A stretch of DNA of 64,000 nt, from assembly GCA_902475025.1 (NCBI GenBank), contig CABRXX010000001.1, positions 32,454 to 96,453 on the forward strand. The letters run 5' to 3'. The first letter of the stretch is position 1, and each line of letters begins with the position of its first letter. The DNA is from an uncultured Lachnospiraceae bacterium (GTDB lineage: Bacteria; Bacillota; Clostridia; Lachnospirales; Lachnospiraceae). The translations under genes and the position numbers were made by a program. The notes under the pieces are model-generated. The model was not told the origin of the DNA and did not search any database. It saw only the letters and a list, made by a program, of their open reading frames with translations. Below are positions 1-9,774 of the stretch, piece after piece.

Positions 1-1
1 T

Positions 2-553
2 CCGGATACAGATCGTCTCATTGATCTGGCAGACAAGATTCTTCTGGCCTGGAGAGGCTATACCGATGAGGCGGCCTTCATTTACGCAGAGACAGAGGGA
101 GAACCCCACAACACCATTACTCCCATTGCCAGAAAACGGGGAGAGAATTTTGAGATGGATCTGGTGCTGCGCAATAACATTACTACGAAGGAGCATCCCT
201 TAGGGGTTTATCATCCGCATGCAGAGCTGCATCACATCAAAAAGGAAAATATTGGCTTGATTGAGGTTATGGGACTGGCAGTTTTGCCTGCCCGGCTGAA
301 GGATGAGGTGGAAGGCCTGAAGGCTGCCATTCTGGAAGGCAGAGACATCCGGAAGGATGAGGTTCTGGAGAAACATGCAGACTGGGTGGATGAGATCAAA
401 CAGAAGTATCCTTCCATCACAGAGGAGAATGTAGAAAAGATCCTTCAGGATGAGATCGGCCTGGTATTTGCCAAGGTGCTGGAGCACGCAGGGGTTTATA
501 AGCGGACTCCGGAGGGCAAGGCGGCGTTTTTGCGGTTTGTGGAGAGCTTGTAA
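2..553 (+). CDS. galT: galactose-1-phosphate uridylyltransferase, C-terminal part (5' end outside window)
   Basis: Frame open from the window edge. Translation PDTDRLIDLADKILLAWRGYTDE...HPHAELHHIKKENIGLIEVMGLAVLPARL... looks like the C-terminal half of Firmicutes-type GalT. A terminator follows. Confidence 0.8.
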   Translation, partial: PDTDRLIDLADKILLAWRGYTDEAAFIYAETEGEPHNTITPIARKRGENFEMDLVLRNNITTKEHPLGVYHPHAELHHIKKENIGLIEVMGLAVLPARLKDEVEGLKAAILEGRDIRKDEVLEKHADWVDEIKQKYPSITEENVEKILQDEIGLVFAKVLEHAGVYKRTPEGKAAFLRFVESL

Positions 554-668
554 GACAGCAATATCCCGATCCTCAACATTCGTGTACAAAGAACGCTACG
601 ATTTTGTAAACGGATGCTGGGGTTGGAAATATAGGAGAGAAAATAAAAAATAGATAAAGTAAGAATGC

Positions 669-707
669 AAAAAGAGCTGAGAATTTGAGAGATTCTTAGC
701 TCTTTTT
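669..707 (+). terminator. intrinsic terminator after galT
   Basis: aaaaagagctgagaat / attcttagctcttttt inverted repeat followed by a T-run. Confidence 0.6.
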
Positions 708-718
708 GTGTGCAGCAA

Positions 719-739
719 TTACGAAACAATGTTTCGTAA
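719..739. promoter_or_regulatory. 21-bp palindrome TTACGAAACAaTGTTTCGTAA, candidate LacI-family operator
   Basis: Perfect 10-bp arms around a central A. The 15-mer TTACGAAACAATGTT recurs at 855-869. It lies upstream of the sugar locus that encodes a LacI-type repressor. Confidence 0.45.
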
Positions 740-854
740 CAGTAGATCAAAACTGCTTTTAAACATATTTTTAATTAATAAATTTCTAATAGAAGATGAT
801 TTTATGATGGAAAAATGTGGAAAATGAAAAACAAAATTATTGAAAATGCACAAT

Positions 855-871
855 TTACGAAACAATGTTAC
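855..871. promoter_or_regulatory. second copy of TTACGAAACAATGTT half-palindrome, candidate operator
   Basis: Identical 15-mer to site 719-733, about 80 bp upstream of the first gene of the locus (ATG 951). Confidence 0.4.
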
Positions 872-950
872 TCATTTAGGATTTGAGATAAGAAACAAAG
901 CGAAACTTCAGATTAAATTTTAAGACAAGAAGGGAAAGGAAGGATGAAAT

Positions 951-1790
951 ATGAGAGTAGGATATACTGGCTGGACTTGGATTTCAAATGAACGGGACGA
1001 CTGGAATCCGATTAATGAGCGCCATAAAGAGAATTTTGAGCAGTTTCTCAGAGAAGTGTCAGACCTTGGATATGAAACTGTAGAAAATTTTAATTGGATT
1101 GCAGATTATTACGCAGACGATATTGAGGGTTTTAAGGAGGTTGTAAAAAAATATAATCTGAAGTTTGAAAACTTATATTTCTATTTTAGCGATGATCCAG
1201 AAAAGGATTATGAAGAGGCTAAGAAATATCTGAAGTTTATGAAAGAAGTAGATGCGCACTACATGAATATGCAGGGAGTGATGTGGAAAGATACGCCCTT
1301 TATCCGTCCTTTAAATGGGGAAACTATTTTAAGCTATGCAAAGCTTTCTAATAAGATCGGCAAGTTATGCAAAGAATATGGTGTAAAAGCCTGTATGCAT
1401 CCGCATGCTAACACAGCAGTATTTAAGAAAGAAGAAATTGATCTTTACATGGCAAATACAGATCCGGAATATGTATTCCTCTGTATGGACACAGCTCATA
1501 CTACTTTGGCAGGGATTAACGCGCCGGATCTTATTCGGGAATACGGTTCGCGGATTGGCTATATGCATCTGAAGGATATTGATTCTGACAGCAGTTTGAA
1601 CCCGGAATGGCCCATGAAGCGTTTTCGCCCTCTGGGTTGTGGTTGCATTGATTTCAGGGCAGTTGTGAGAGAATTAAAAAAAGCAGGGTACGATGATATT
1701 CTCTGCGTGGAGCTGGACTATCAGCCTGTCTGCAACTATCGGTCTGCACAGATTAGCCGGGACTATCTGCATAATGTATTAGGGTTATAA
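951..1790 (+). CDS. sugar phosphate isomerase/epimerase (xylose-isomerase-like TIM barrel)
   Basis: 279 aa. Family-typical pattern: ..CMHPHANT.., ..CMDTAHTTLAG.., ..YMHLKD.., ..GCGCIDF..VELDYQ. Confidence 0.75.
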   Translation: MRVGYTGWTWISNERDDWNPINERHKENFEQFLREVSDLGYETVENFNWIADYYADDIEGFKEVVKKYNLKFENLYFYFSDDPEKDYEEAKKYLKFMKEVDAHYMNMQGVMWKDTPFIRPLNGETILSYAKLSNKIGKLCKEYGVKACMHPHANTAVFKKEEIDLYMANTDPEYVFLCMDTAHTTLAGINAPDLIREYGSRIGYMHLKDIDSDSSLNPEWPMKRFRPLGCGCIDFRAVVRELKKAGYDDILCVELDYQPVCNYRSAQISRDYLHNVLGL

Positions 1791-1822
1791 AATGAAACTT
1801 TAAAACGAACAGGAGGATGTGA

Positions 1823-2833
1823 ATGTCCGGAAGAGTCACAATGGAAGAGATAGCAAGACTAGCAGGAGTTTCTAAGGCAACAGTTTCCAGAGTGCTGAAC
1901 GGTAAAGAGGGAGTAGGGGAACAGACGCGAAGAAGAGTGGAGCAGCTGATACAAGAATTAAACTATGATGCAGATGCAAACCTTCCCGTTATGGCTACCA
2001 GAATGAGAACGAAAAATGTAGCGCTGATTATTCCGGACATCACAAATCCTTTTTTCGGTGAAATGGCAAGAGCGATCGCCTTGAAACTAAATGAACAGGG
2101 GTATTCGCTTCTGCTAGGAGACAGCATGTTTGATCCTGTTATGGAGGCAAAGTGGATCCGAGATTTTGTTTCTAAAAAGGTGGATGGAATTATTCTGGCA
2201 CCGGTATGCAATCAAATATCCAATGAACACAGGCTAATGGAAAAATTTCATATTCCCTGTGTATTTTTGGATAATTATTTGGAACAGATACCAAACTGCG
2301 GCATTGTAACTACTGATAATGAGCTGGCTGTTTATACTGCGTGTGAGTTTTTGGTAAAAAGAGGGGTAACCAGGATTGCATACATTGGAGGAAATACAAA
2401 TAAAGGAGTAGCTTTAGATCGGCTGAACGGATACGAAATAGCGATGGAGCAGTTTGGACTTGGATACAATAAAGAACTTGTAAAGGCGGGAAATTATACA
2501 GTAGAGAGCGGATACAAAGCCATACTGGAGCTGGAGAGCGCCGGAGTGAATTATTCAGCAGTGATCTGTGCCAATGATCTTATGGCTCTAGGAGCCATGA
2601 ATGCTCTAAAAGAGTTAGCGTATGAGATTCCGAAAGATGTGCAGGTGATTGGATTTGATAATATGTTCTTTTCGCAGTATCTGACACCCGCTCTTAGCAC
2701 TGTTCAGCATCCCATCATAGAAATGGGAACAAAGGCAGCAGAGTTTATGGTGCAGGCTATAGAAAAGAGTGATGGATTGGCTAAAAAAGTAAAGTTAAAA
2801 ACAAGGCTTTTGCTGCGTCAGTCTACTAAATAA
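1823..2833 (+). CDS. LacI family transcriptional regulator
   Basis: N-terminal HTH TMEEIARLAGVSKATVSRVLNG plus a periplasmic-binding-protein-like sugar-binding fold. AGGAGG lies 6 nt upstream of the ATG. Confidence 0.9.
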   Translation: MSGRVTMEEIARLAGVSKATVSRVLNGKEGVGEQTRRRVEQLIQELNYDADANLPVMATRMRTKNVALIIPDITNPFFGEMARAIALKLNEQGYSLLLGDSMFDPVMEAKWIRDFVSKKVDGIILAPVCNQISNEHRLMEKFHIPCVFLDNYLEQIPNCGIVTTDNELAVYTACEFLVKRGVTRIAYIGGNTNKGVALDRLNGYEIAMEQFGLGYNKELVKAGNYTVESGYKAILELESAGVNYSAVICANDLMALGAMNALKELAYEIPKDVQVIGFDNMFFSQYLTPALSTVQHPIIEMGTKAAEFMVQAIEKSDGLAKKVKLKTRLLLRQSTK

Positions 2834-2854
2834 TGAAAGGAAAAGAAATTTGGC

Positions 2855-3250
2855 ATGAGAAAAAACGGATTATTAAATACAGAACTCATCAAAGTAATTT
2901 CTGCAATTGGACATACTCAGTACATTGTAGTGTGTGATGCAGGACTTCCTATTCCCAAGGGCGTGCCGGTCATTGATCTGGCACTGCAGCCAGGCACTCC
3001 ATCCTTTTTGGAAACGCTGCAGACTATTTTGGGAGAGATGGTGGCAGAGCACTATTTTTTAGCAGATGAAATAAAAGAAAAAAATAGTGGGTTATTTCAG
3101 AAACTGGAGGCATTTCTGCCGGAAAAGGAGTGCAGTTTCATCTCTCATGAGAGGCTAAAAGAAATGTCAAAAGATGCCATGGCCATTGTGCGGACAGGAG
3201 AAACCTCTCCTTATGCCAACATTGTGATTGTGGCAGGCGTTAATTTTTAA
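2855..3250 (+). CDS. rbsD: D-ribose pyranase
   Basis: 131 aa. LLNTELIKVISAIGHTQYIVVCDAGLPIP... is typical of RbsD/FucU. Confidence 0.85.
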   Translation: MRKNGLLNTELIKVISAIGHTQYIVVCDAGLPIPKGVPVIDLALQPGTPSFLETLQTILGEMVAEHYFLADEIKEKNSGLFQKLEAFLPEKECSFISHERLKEMSKDAMAIVRTGETSPYANIVIVAGVNF

Positions 3251-3276
3251 CATGAGAGAATAGGAGCGTACATATT

Positions 3277-4284
3277 ATGACAACATTATCACCTACCATG
3301 GCAGTATTGATCCTTATATTTGTTACTTTCTTATGGGGATCCTGGTTCCAGGTAGTAAAGCACACAGGCGATTATCCAATCTACGTATTTTTAAACTGGA
3401 TGTTTTTATTTTCTATTTTCGTAGTATGGATTTCTATCTTCCTATTTGAAAAACAAATGGTTCCGGACGGGGTTTTTCATGAGATCGGTTCCGATCCGGG
3501 AAGGGCACTGGCAGTATTTTTCTGCGGATGTATTTATGCAGTGGGAATGCAAATCCAGCTTTCAGCGGTGAGCAGAGTAGGACTGATTTTATCCAGCTCC
3601 ATTGTTTCTACAGGTTCTATTTTAAGCGGTGTAATTGTATCCGCAGTTTTAGGCGGAGTTCCGAAAGGAGCGTCCATTGCTATGATTCTGTTTTCCGCAG
3701 TGCTTTTGGTTGCGGGAACCATTGTCTGTCAGGTGGCAGGAGTTATGCGGGATCAGGATGTGAGAAAGGAGGGAGTAAAGCAGCAGAAAACAGAAACAAA
3801 GGCAAGGGATATCTTGCTGCTGATTTTTGTGGCAGTGGTTCTTCAGCCCTTCTTTTCTGTGGCATCTTCCATTGGACTGAAAACAGATCTGCGGCCCAAC
3901 GGATTTTCTTCCTTCACTTGTATGGGAATTCTTTGCATTGGAGCATTTGTAGGAACTACAATTTTTTCAATGATCACTATCACAAGATCTCATCAGTGGC
4001 AGAAGGTTTTAAAACCCACGGTAAAAATGCCTTTAATCATTACTATGGCAATTATCGCAGCACTCTGTCATTTTGGGGGTAATCTTTTAAATGCAGTGGC
4101 ATCTCCTGTGGTGAGTGTAGTAATTGCAACAGGTATTGGATATTCCTATGGAATTTGGTCTTATTTGTGGGGAATGGTTTATGGAGAATTTGCAGGATCT
4201 AAGAAGAAAACACTGTTGACCCTGGGATTAGGAATTTTGCTTTTCATTGTAGGCATCATTATTTTAACACTAAACATTGTATAG
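3277..4284 (+). CDS. 10-TM sugar permease, DMT superfamily (RhaT/GlcU/RbsU-like)
   Basis: 335 aa, about 10 hydrophobic segments with a central charged loop. Sits between rbsD and the ABC genes. Family assignment is tentative. Confidence 0.5.
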   Translation: MTTLSPTMAVLILIFVTFLWGSWFQVVKHTGDYPIYVFLNWMFLFSIFVVWISIFLFEKQMVPDGVFHEIGSDPGRALAVFFCGCIYAVGMQIQLSAVSRVGLILSSSIVSTGSILSGVIVSAVLGGVPKGASIAMILFSAVLLVAGTIVCQVAGVMRDQDVRKEGVKQQKTETKARDILLLIFVAVVLQPFFSVASSIGLKTDLRPNGFSSFTCMGILCIGAFVGTTIFSMITITRSHQWQKVLKPTVKMPLIITMAIIAALCHFGGNLLNAVASPVVSVVIATGIGYSYGIWSYLWGMVYGEFAGSKKKTLLTLGLGILLFIVGIIILTLNIV

Positions 4285-4426
4285 CGCTGTTCTGCAAGGA
4301 GACAACAGTTCTTTGAATCAGTGTTAAGAATGGCGGAAAATCACCTGGAAAGGAGGGGGAAGCAAGGGGTGACGCTGTAGCAATAGTATTTTTATCAAAT
4401 TACACGAAAGAAAAAGGAGAAGAAGC

Positions 4427-5395
4427 ATGAAGAAAAAAGTATTTGGGGTATTGGGAATGGCAGCACTTACCATGGCAATGACTGTTGGAAGCGCTTTTGC
4501 AGGAGAGACAGAGGGATTGAAGGTGGGATTGAGTTTCGTATCTTTAAATTTCCCTTATTATGTAAGGATGTATGATCAGTTTATGAAAGAAGCGGAGGAG
4601 AACGGATGGGAAGTGTCCTTTGTAGACGGCAATCTGGATGCGGCTACTCAGTTAAATGGAATTCAGGATCTGGTCAATGATGATGTGGATGTTATGTGTA
4701 TCAGCACTTGGTACATTGACGCTATGGAGGATGTACTCCAGCAGTGCGTGGATAAGGATATTCCGGTATTCATTATTGGAAATACGGAAAATCCCAAGAA
4801 CATTGATGATCTGATTGTATACGCATGCGGCACAGAGCATTATGATGCAGGTCATCTGGGGGGAACTTATTATTCCAAATATCTGAAGGATCAGGGTAAA
4901 GATTCTGTAAAAATGGCCATTATGGTGGGATCTACAGAGCAGATGAAGGCCAGAGGCCAAGGCTTTGTAGATGCTTTGGAAGAGCATGGAATTTCAGTGG
5001 AAGTTTTAAATGAGTATGATGTGACCAATAGAGAAGAGGCTATGGCCAGCGGAGAGGATGCCCTTACTACTTACTCTGATATTGATCTCTTCTATGGTGT
5101 CAGCGCGCAGGGCGGACTGGGAGCTTATGATGCAACAATAGGAGCAAACAGGGAAGAAGTGAATGTGTTTGGCTACGATGGGGAAGACGAGGAACTGGAA
5201 GTCATTGATAAGGGAGGCAATTATATTGGAACCATTACTCAGGCTCCGGATGTAGAAGCATCTACTACGGTAGAATATATTAAGAAATATCTGGCAGGCG
5301 AGGAATTTGAAAAAATCGTTCCCATTTCTGCAGGAATTTACTGTGCAGAGGGACAATTGACTGCAGAGGAAGTAGAGGCAATGGCAGCCGAATAA
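4427..5395 (+). CDS. sugar ABC transporter substrate-binding protein (RbsB-like)
   Basis: Signal peptide ending SAFA/GE with no Cys lipobox. Periplasmic-binding-protein type I fold pattern. Confidence 0.8.
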   Translation: MKKKVFGVLGMAALTMAMTVGSAFAGETEGLKVGLSFVSLNFPYYVRMYDQFMKEAEENGWEVSFVDGNLDAATQLNGIQDLVNDDVDVMCISTWYIDAMEDVLQQCVDKDIPVFIIGNTENPKNIDDLIVYACGTEHYDAGHLGGTYYSKYLKDQGKDSVKMAIMVGSTEQMKARGQGFVDALEEHGISVEVLNEYDVTNREEAMASGEDALTTYSDIDLFYGVSAQGGLGAYDATIGANREEVNVFGYDGEDEELEVIDKGGNYIGTITQAPDVEASTTVEYIKKYLAGEEFEKIVPISAGIYCAEGQLTAEEVEAMAAE

Positions 5396-5408
5396 TGCAG
5401 CGGGAGGG

Positions 5409-5460
5409 TGGCGTACTGCCTGGAAGATACTCTGATAGGGCAGTGCGCCATTTCGTTTGT
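5409..5460 (+). terminator. intra-operon hairpin / partial terminator after the binding-protein gene
   Basis: tggcgtactgcc ... ggcagtgcgcca stem followed by tttcgtttgt. Typical device for over-expressing the binding protein relative to the ATPase and permease. Confidence 0.45.
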
Positions 5461-5486
5461 AAAAAATAGTCAGAAAGGCGGCTTTT

Positions 5487-6986
5487 ATGGGAACAACGGC
5501 AGAAAATATATTGGAATTGAGGAAGATAAATAAGGCGTTTCCTGGCGTAAAAGCATTAACAGATGTTGACCTGGATTTGAAAAAGGGCGAAGTGTTGGCT
5601 TTGGTGGGAGAGAATGGGGCAGGGAAATCCACACTGATGAAAATATTGTCCGGGGCTTATAAAAAGGACAGTGGATCCATTATTTTTGATGGGCAGGAGG
5701 TGGAAATACAGTCTCCTATCCACTCAGAGGAGCTGGGAATTGCGATTATTTATCAGGAGTTGAATTTAATACAGAGGGTCACTGTTGCGGAAAATATTTA
5801 TTTGGGCAGATATCCGAAACAAAACGGTGTGATTCAGTGGAAACAGATGAATGACGATTCGCAGAAGTTGATGGAAGAGCTTGGGCTGCAGATTAATGTA
5901 CGGGCAATGTTAAGAGAACTGAGCTTGGCACAGCAGCAATTGATTGAGATTGCAAAGGCGGTCAGCACCAATGCAAAGGTTATCATAATGGATGAGCCTA
6001 CCTCCTCTTTATCCCAGAGCGAGACGGAAATTTTGTTTCGCATTATCAAAAAATTAAAGGCAAAAGGAACATCCATGATCTTTATTACTCATAGGCTGGA
6101 TGAGATCTATGAGGTTTGTGACCGGATGACCATTCTGAGGGATGGATGCTATATCGGTTCAAGGGATGTGGCAGATGTCACAAAGAGTGAAATGATTGAA
6201 ATGATGATTGGAAGAAAGCTGACAAATCAGTACCCTTCAAGAAACTGTGAAATAGGAGAAACTATTTTGGAGGTAAAAAATCTGTCAGATGGCGGAAAAC
6301 GTGTGAAGAATGTATCGTTCCAGGCCCATGCGGGTGAGGTTCTTGGATTTGCAGGTTTGGTAGGTGCAGGAAGAACCGAAACTATGCGAATTATTTTCGG
6401 GGCAGATAAAAAAGCAGGCGGAGATATCTTCATTCGGGGTCAGAAGGTAGAAATTAAAAATCCAAGGGATGCAATTAAGCAGGGAATTGGTTTTGTCACA
6501 GAAAATAGAAAAGAAGAAGGGTTATTTTTGAGGTCATCAGTAAAGGTAAATACTGTGATGGTGGCGCTGAAAAAGATTTTAAAGGCAGGACTCTATTTTG
6601 ATTTTAAAAAAGAGCGGGAATATGCAGAGGAATATGTGAAGCGTCTTCATACGGCAACCCCATCGGTGAATCAGAGAGTGATGTTTTTAAGCGGAGGAAA
6701 TCAGCAGAAAGTTGTATTGGCAAAATGGCTTCTTTCGGATTCTGACATTATTATTTTTGATGAACCTACCAGAGGAATCGATGTGGGAGCCAAACGAGAG
6801 ATTTATGAAATCATCAACCAACTGGTAGCTGATGGCAGGACGGTTATCGTAGTTTCTTCAGATCAAGAAGAAGTGATGGGAATCTGCGATCGCATTATTG
6901 TAATGCATGAAGGAGTAATTACAGGAGAAGTGACGAAAGATCAGTTCTCTCAAAGCACAATAGGACAACTTTCAGTAGGAGGCTGA
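5487..6986 (+). CDS. sugar ABC transporter ATP-binding protein (two fused ABC domains, RbsA-like)
   Basis: 499 aa. Walker A GENGAGKST, LSGGNQQK signature, duplicated ABC cassette. Confidence 0.9.
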   Translation: MGTTAENILELRKINKAFPGVKALTDVDLDLKKGEVLALVGENGAGKSTLMKILSGAYKKDSGSIIFDGQEVEIQSPIHSEELGIAIIYQELNLIQRVTVAENIYLGRYPKQNGVIQWKQMNDDSQKLMEELGLQINVRAMLRELSLAQQQLIEIAKAVSTNAKVIIMDEPTSSLSQSETEILFRIIKKLKAKGTSMIFITHRLDEIYEVCDRMTILRDGCYIGSRDVADVTKSEMIEMMIGRKLTNQYPSRNCEIGETILEVKNLSDGGKRVKNVSFQAHAGEVLGFAGLVGAGRTETMRIIFGADKKAGGDIFIRGQKVEIKNPRDAIKQGIGFVTENRKEEGLFLRSSVKVNTVMVALKKILKAGLYFDFKKEREYAEEYVKRLHTATPSVNQRVMFLSGGNQQKVVLAKWLLSDSDIIIFDEPTRGIDVGAKREIYEIINQLVADGRTVIVVSSDQEEVMGICDRIIVMHEGVITGEVTKDQFSQSTIGQLSVGG

Positions 6987-6988
6987 AC

Positions 6989-7954
6989 ATGAAGACAAAA
7001 GAAGAAAGTAATTTGAAATCAAAATTATATTCCATTGCAAATGGCATGGGAGCCTGGCTGATCATACTGATTTTAATAGTAGTCATGTCAGTGATCAACA
7101 GTAAGTTTCTTACTGTCAGCAATTTTATTAATGTATTCCGGCAGGTATGTGTAGTCGGGATCTGTTCTCTGGGTGTTTCCTTTGTGGTACTGGGAGGAGA
7201 GATTGATCTTAGCAGCGGGATGGGAGCTACTTTTGCAGGCTGTAATGCAGCATTGCTGATTACAAAATGTAATCTTCCTATGTGGCTGGCAATTATTATA
7301 GCCATAGCTATTGGTGCTTTAGTTGGCGCTTTTTCCGGTCTGATTGTAACATATTGGAAAATCCCTTCTTTTATTGGCACACTGGGGGTTCAGTATGTTG
7401 TACAGGGGCTGATCCTCATCACAACTAACAGTATGCCTGTGACAGGACTTCCGGATGGTTTCCTTTATCTTGGACGAGGATATATTGCAGATGTAATCCC
7501 CGTTCCGGTGGTGATTATGATCCTGTTTTTTATTGTAGGGGCTTTTTTGTTAAAATATACTCCTTTTGGACGATCTGTAATAGCAGTAGGGGAGAATGCA
7601 GAGGCAGCAGCGCTTTCTGGCTTGAAAGTAAAATTAACCAAAATGGTGATGTTTACTCTGGGCGGCGTTTGTGCGGCCTGCGCCGGAATCATTATGACGG
7701 CAAGACTTTCTTCTGGTCAGCCAAGTTCTGGAGCAGATTTGGGTCTCCAGGCGCTGGCTGCAGTGTATATTGGAGGTACTTTTAAGGGAAGTATGTTTAA
7801 TACCCTTGCTGGAGCGCTCGTTTGGGGCTTTATTAACAACAGTTTGAACCTGCTTGGAGTTAGTGCATATTGGCAGAAAGTGGTTCTTGGCGGCATCATT
7901 ATCCTGGCGGTATTGTTGGATTCTATCCGGGCAAGGATTTCTACAGCAAAATAA
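6989..7954 (+). CDS. sugar ABC transporter permease (RbsC-like)
   Basis: 321 aa polytopic protein, immediately after the ATPase. Confidence 0.85.
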   Translation: MKTKEESNLKSKLYSIANGMGAWLIILILIVVMSVINSKFLTVSNFINVFRQVCVVGICSLGVSFVVLGGEIDLSSGMGATFAGCNAALLITKCNLPMWLAIIIAIAIGALVGAFSGLIVTYWKIPSFIGTLGVQYVVQGLILITTNSMPVTGLPDGFLYLGRGYIADVIPVPVVIMILFFIVGAFLLKYTPFGRSVIAVGENAEAAALSGLKVKLTKMVMFTLGGVCAACAGIIMTARLSSGQPSSGADLGLQALAAVYIGGTFKGSMFNTLAGALVWGFINNSLNLLGVSAYWQKVVLGGIIILAVLLDSIRARISTAK

Positions 7955-7991
7955 GAGATAGAAAAAATAAATAATGAGAGGGGGTGGAAGC

Positions 7992-8744
7992 ATGAAAAGA
8001 AAAGCCTACATTTTTTACGGAGGATGGGAAGGACATGAACCGGAACTTGTGAGCGCCAGATTTAAAAAGATGCTGGAGGCAGAAGATTTTGAAGTGTATC
8101 GGGAAGATACCTTGAAACATTTGGAAGACGAAGAGTTTTTAAAATCAATGGATCTGATTGTGCCCTGTTGGACGCAGGGAGAACTGGAAGATCGAAAATG
8201 TTTTGCAGTAACAGAGGCAGTGATGTCAGGAGTTGGTCTTGCAGGTTGTCATGGCGGTATGTGCGATTCATTCCGATGGAGTGTGGAGTGGCAGTTTATG
8301 ACAGGAAGTCAGTGGGTTTCCCATCCTGGTAATCCTTGGATGCATCATGTATCTAGGCTGAATGAGGAAAATCTGTCCTATGTACATAAAAGATTTCCAG
8401 AATGTGAGAAGGAAGGTGCTTTTTGGACTAATTATGAGGTGAACTTCAAAAAGAATTCCTCCTCTCTATTGATTGCAGGGCTAGAGGACTTCTGTGTGTA
8501 CACAGAGCAATATTATCTTCATGTAGATCCTTGTATAGACGTGCTGGCAACAACGCCTGTGAAAACAGAGGGGCCTCATAACGCAAATGGAATCGTCCAG
8601 ATGCCGGTAATCTATACAAAACACTGGGGAAATGGACGGATTTTTTATAATTCCCTTGGCCATCACGACGATATTTTTGATATCCCTCAGGTGACGGAAG
8701 TACAGAGAAGAGGTTTCCTCTGGGCAGCAAGAAAAGAGAAATAG
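7992..8744 (+). CDS. ThuA-like domain protein
   Basis: MKRKAYIFYGGWEGHEP...VPCW...GCHGG...SLGH pattern resembles ThuA (trehalose-utilisation) / class-I-amidotransferase-like proteins. Start chosen at the ATG with gagggggtgg upstream. Confidence 0.6.
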   Translation: MKRKAYIFYGGWEGHEPELVSARFKKMLEAEDFEVYREDTLKHLEDEEFLKSMDLIVPCWTQGELEDRKCFAVTEAVMSGVGLAGCHGGMCDSFRWSVEWQFMTGSQWVSHPGNPWMHHVSRLNEENLSYVHKRFPECEKEGAFWTNYEVNFKKNSSSLLIAGLEDFCVYTEQYYLHVDPCIDVLATTPVKTEGPHNANGIVQMPVIYTKHWGNGRIFYNSLGHHDDIFDIPQVTEVQRRGFLWAARKEK

Positions 8745-8780
8745 AAATATCAGAAAATATAGAAAAAGGAGAATAAAAAG

Positions 8781-9764
8781 ATGAAGGTGAAAGGTGTTTG
8801 TGTAAAAGATTATATGAAATTAGGAATTATGGAGTATGAGATTCCGGACGAGCCGGCTCCCAATGAGGTTTTGGTAAAGACCATGGCCTGCGGTGTGTGC
8901 TGCTGGGATTCCTGGTTGTATCGAGGCGTTAATGCGCCGGGCCCCTACCCCTATGTGATTGGGCATGAGGGAGTGGGTATTATCGAAAAAGTAGGATCTC
9001 TGGTAAAGAACGTGAAGCCGGGAGATAAAGTATTTGCAGCTTACGGCGGAAATGATATGATGAGCGAATATTTTATCAACAGAATGGATGGCGTTGTGAA
9101 GCTGCCGGATGATGTGACAGACTGGGCGAAAGCAGTGTATGAACCTGCCTGCTGCGTCATCAATGTGATTAATACCCTGAACATTCATCAGGGAGATCAT
9201 GTAGTACTGGTAGGTGCAGGATATATGGGACTTCAAACACTTCAAGTTCTTATGAAAGGAACGCAGGCAGGCAGAGTGACTGTTTTTGAGCTGAGGGAAG
9301 ACAGAAGAGAGATGGCAAAAGCCCTGCATCCCACGGAAGTGGCTGATCCAGAGAGTGAAGAAGGGAAGAAATTAATCAAAGAGATCCAGGACGCTGGCGG
9401 GGCTGACGTTGTGATTGACTTTGGCGCAACTATTTCTGGCTTCCAGTTGGCAGATTCACTGACAAAACAGGCGGGCAAGTTGGGAATTGCAACTTTCCAT
9501 AGAACTGATGTGACCTTTAATGGAACCAGATGGCATTTAGGAGGCGTACGGGTTTATAATTTGTCTCCTTTCTGCAATCCTCATTATCCGGAGCTTTTGC
9601 CTAAGGCATACGAGATGATCAAAAAGCGTGTGCTGGCTCCTGAGGAGTATGTTACCCATACTGCTTACTATGAAGACCTGGATGCTATGGAAAACATGTT
9701 CCAGAGAGCCTGCGATAAAGAAGATAACTATATGAAGGGTGCAGTATTATTCACAAAAGACTGA
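8781..9764 (+). CDS. zinc-binding MDR-family alcohol/polyol dehydrogenase
   Basis: CGVCCWD..., GHEGVGIIEKVG..., VLVGAGYMG Rossmann motif. Confidence 0.8.
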   Translation: MKVKGVCVKDYMKLGIMEYEIPDEPAPNEVLVKTMACGVCCWDSWLYRGVNAPGPYPYVIGHEGVGIIEKVGSLVKNVKPGDKVFAAYGGNDMMSEYFINRMDGVVKLPDDVTDWAKAVYEPACCVINVINTLNIHQGDHVVLVGAGYMGLQTLQVLMKGTQAGRVTVFELREDRREMAKALHPTEVADPESEEGKKLIKEIQDAGGADVVIDFGATISGFQLADSLTKQAGKLGIATFHRTDVTFNGTRWHLGGVRVYNLSPFCNPHYPELLPKAYEMIKKRVLAPEEYVTHTAYYEDLDAMENMFQRACDKEDNYMKGAVLFTKD

Positions 9765-9774
9765 GAGGCTGAGG

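Noticed and set aside
3528-4082. 184-aa ORF overlapping the permease gene in another frame (also 27399..28019 inside paaK).
   Set aside because: It is fully embedded in a gene with clear membrane-protein (or ligase) character, and its Arg/Ser/Gly/Cys-rich composition is typical of an off-frame translation.
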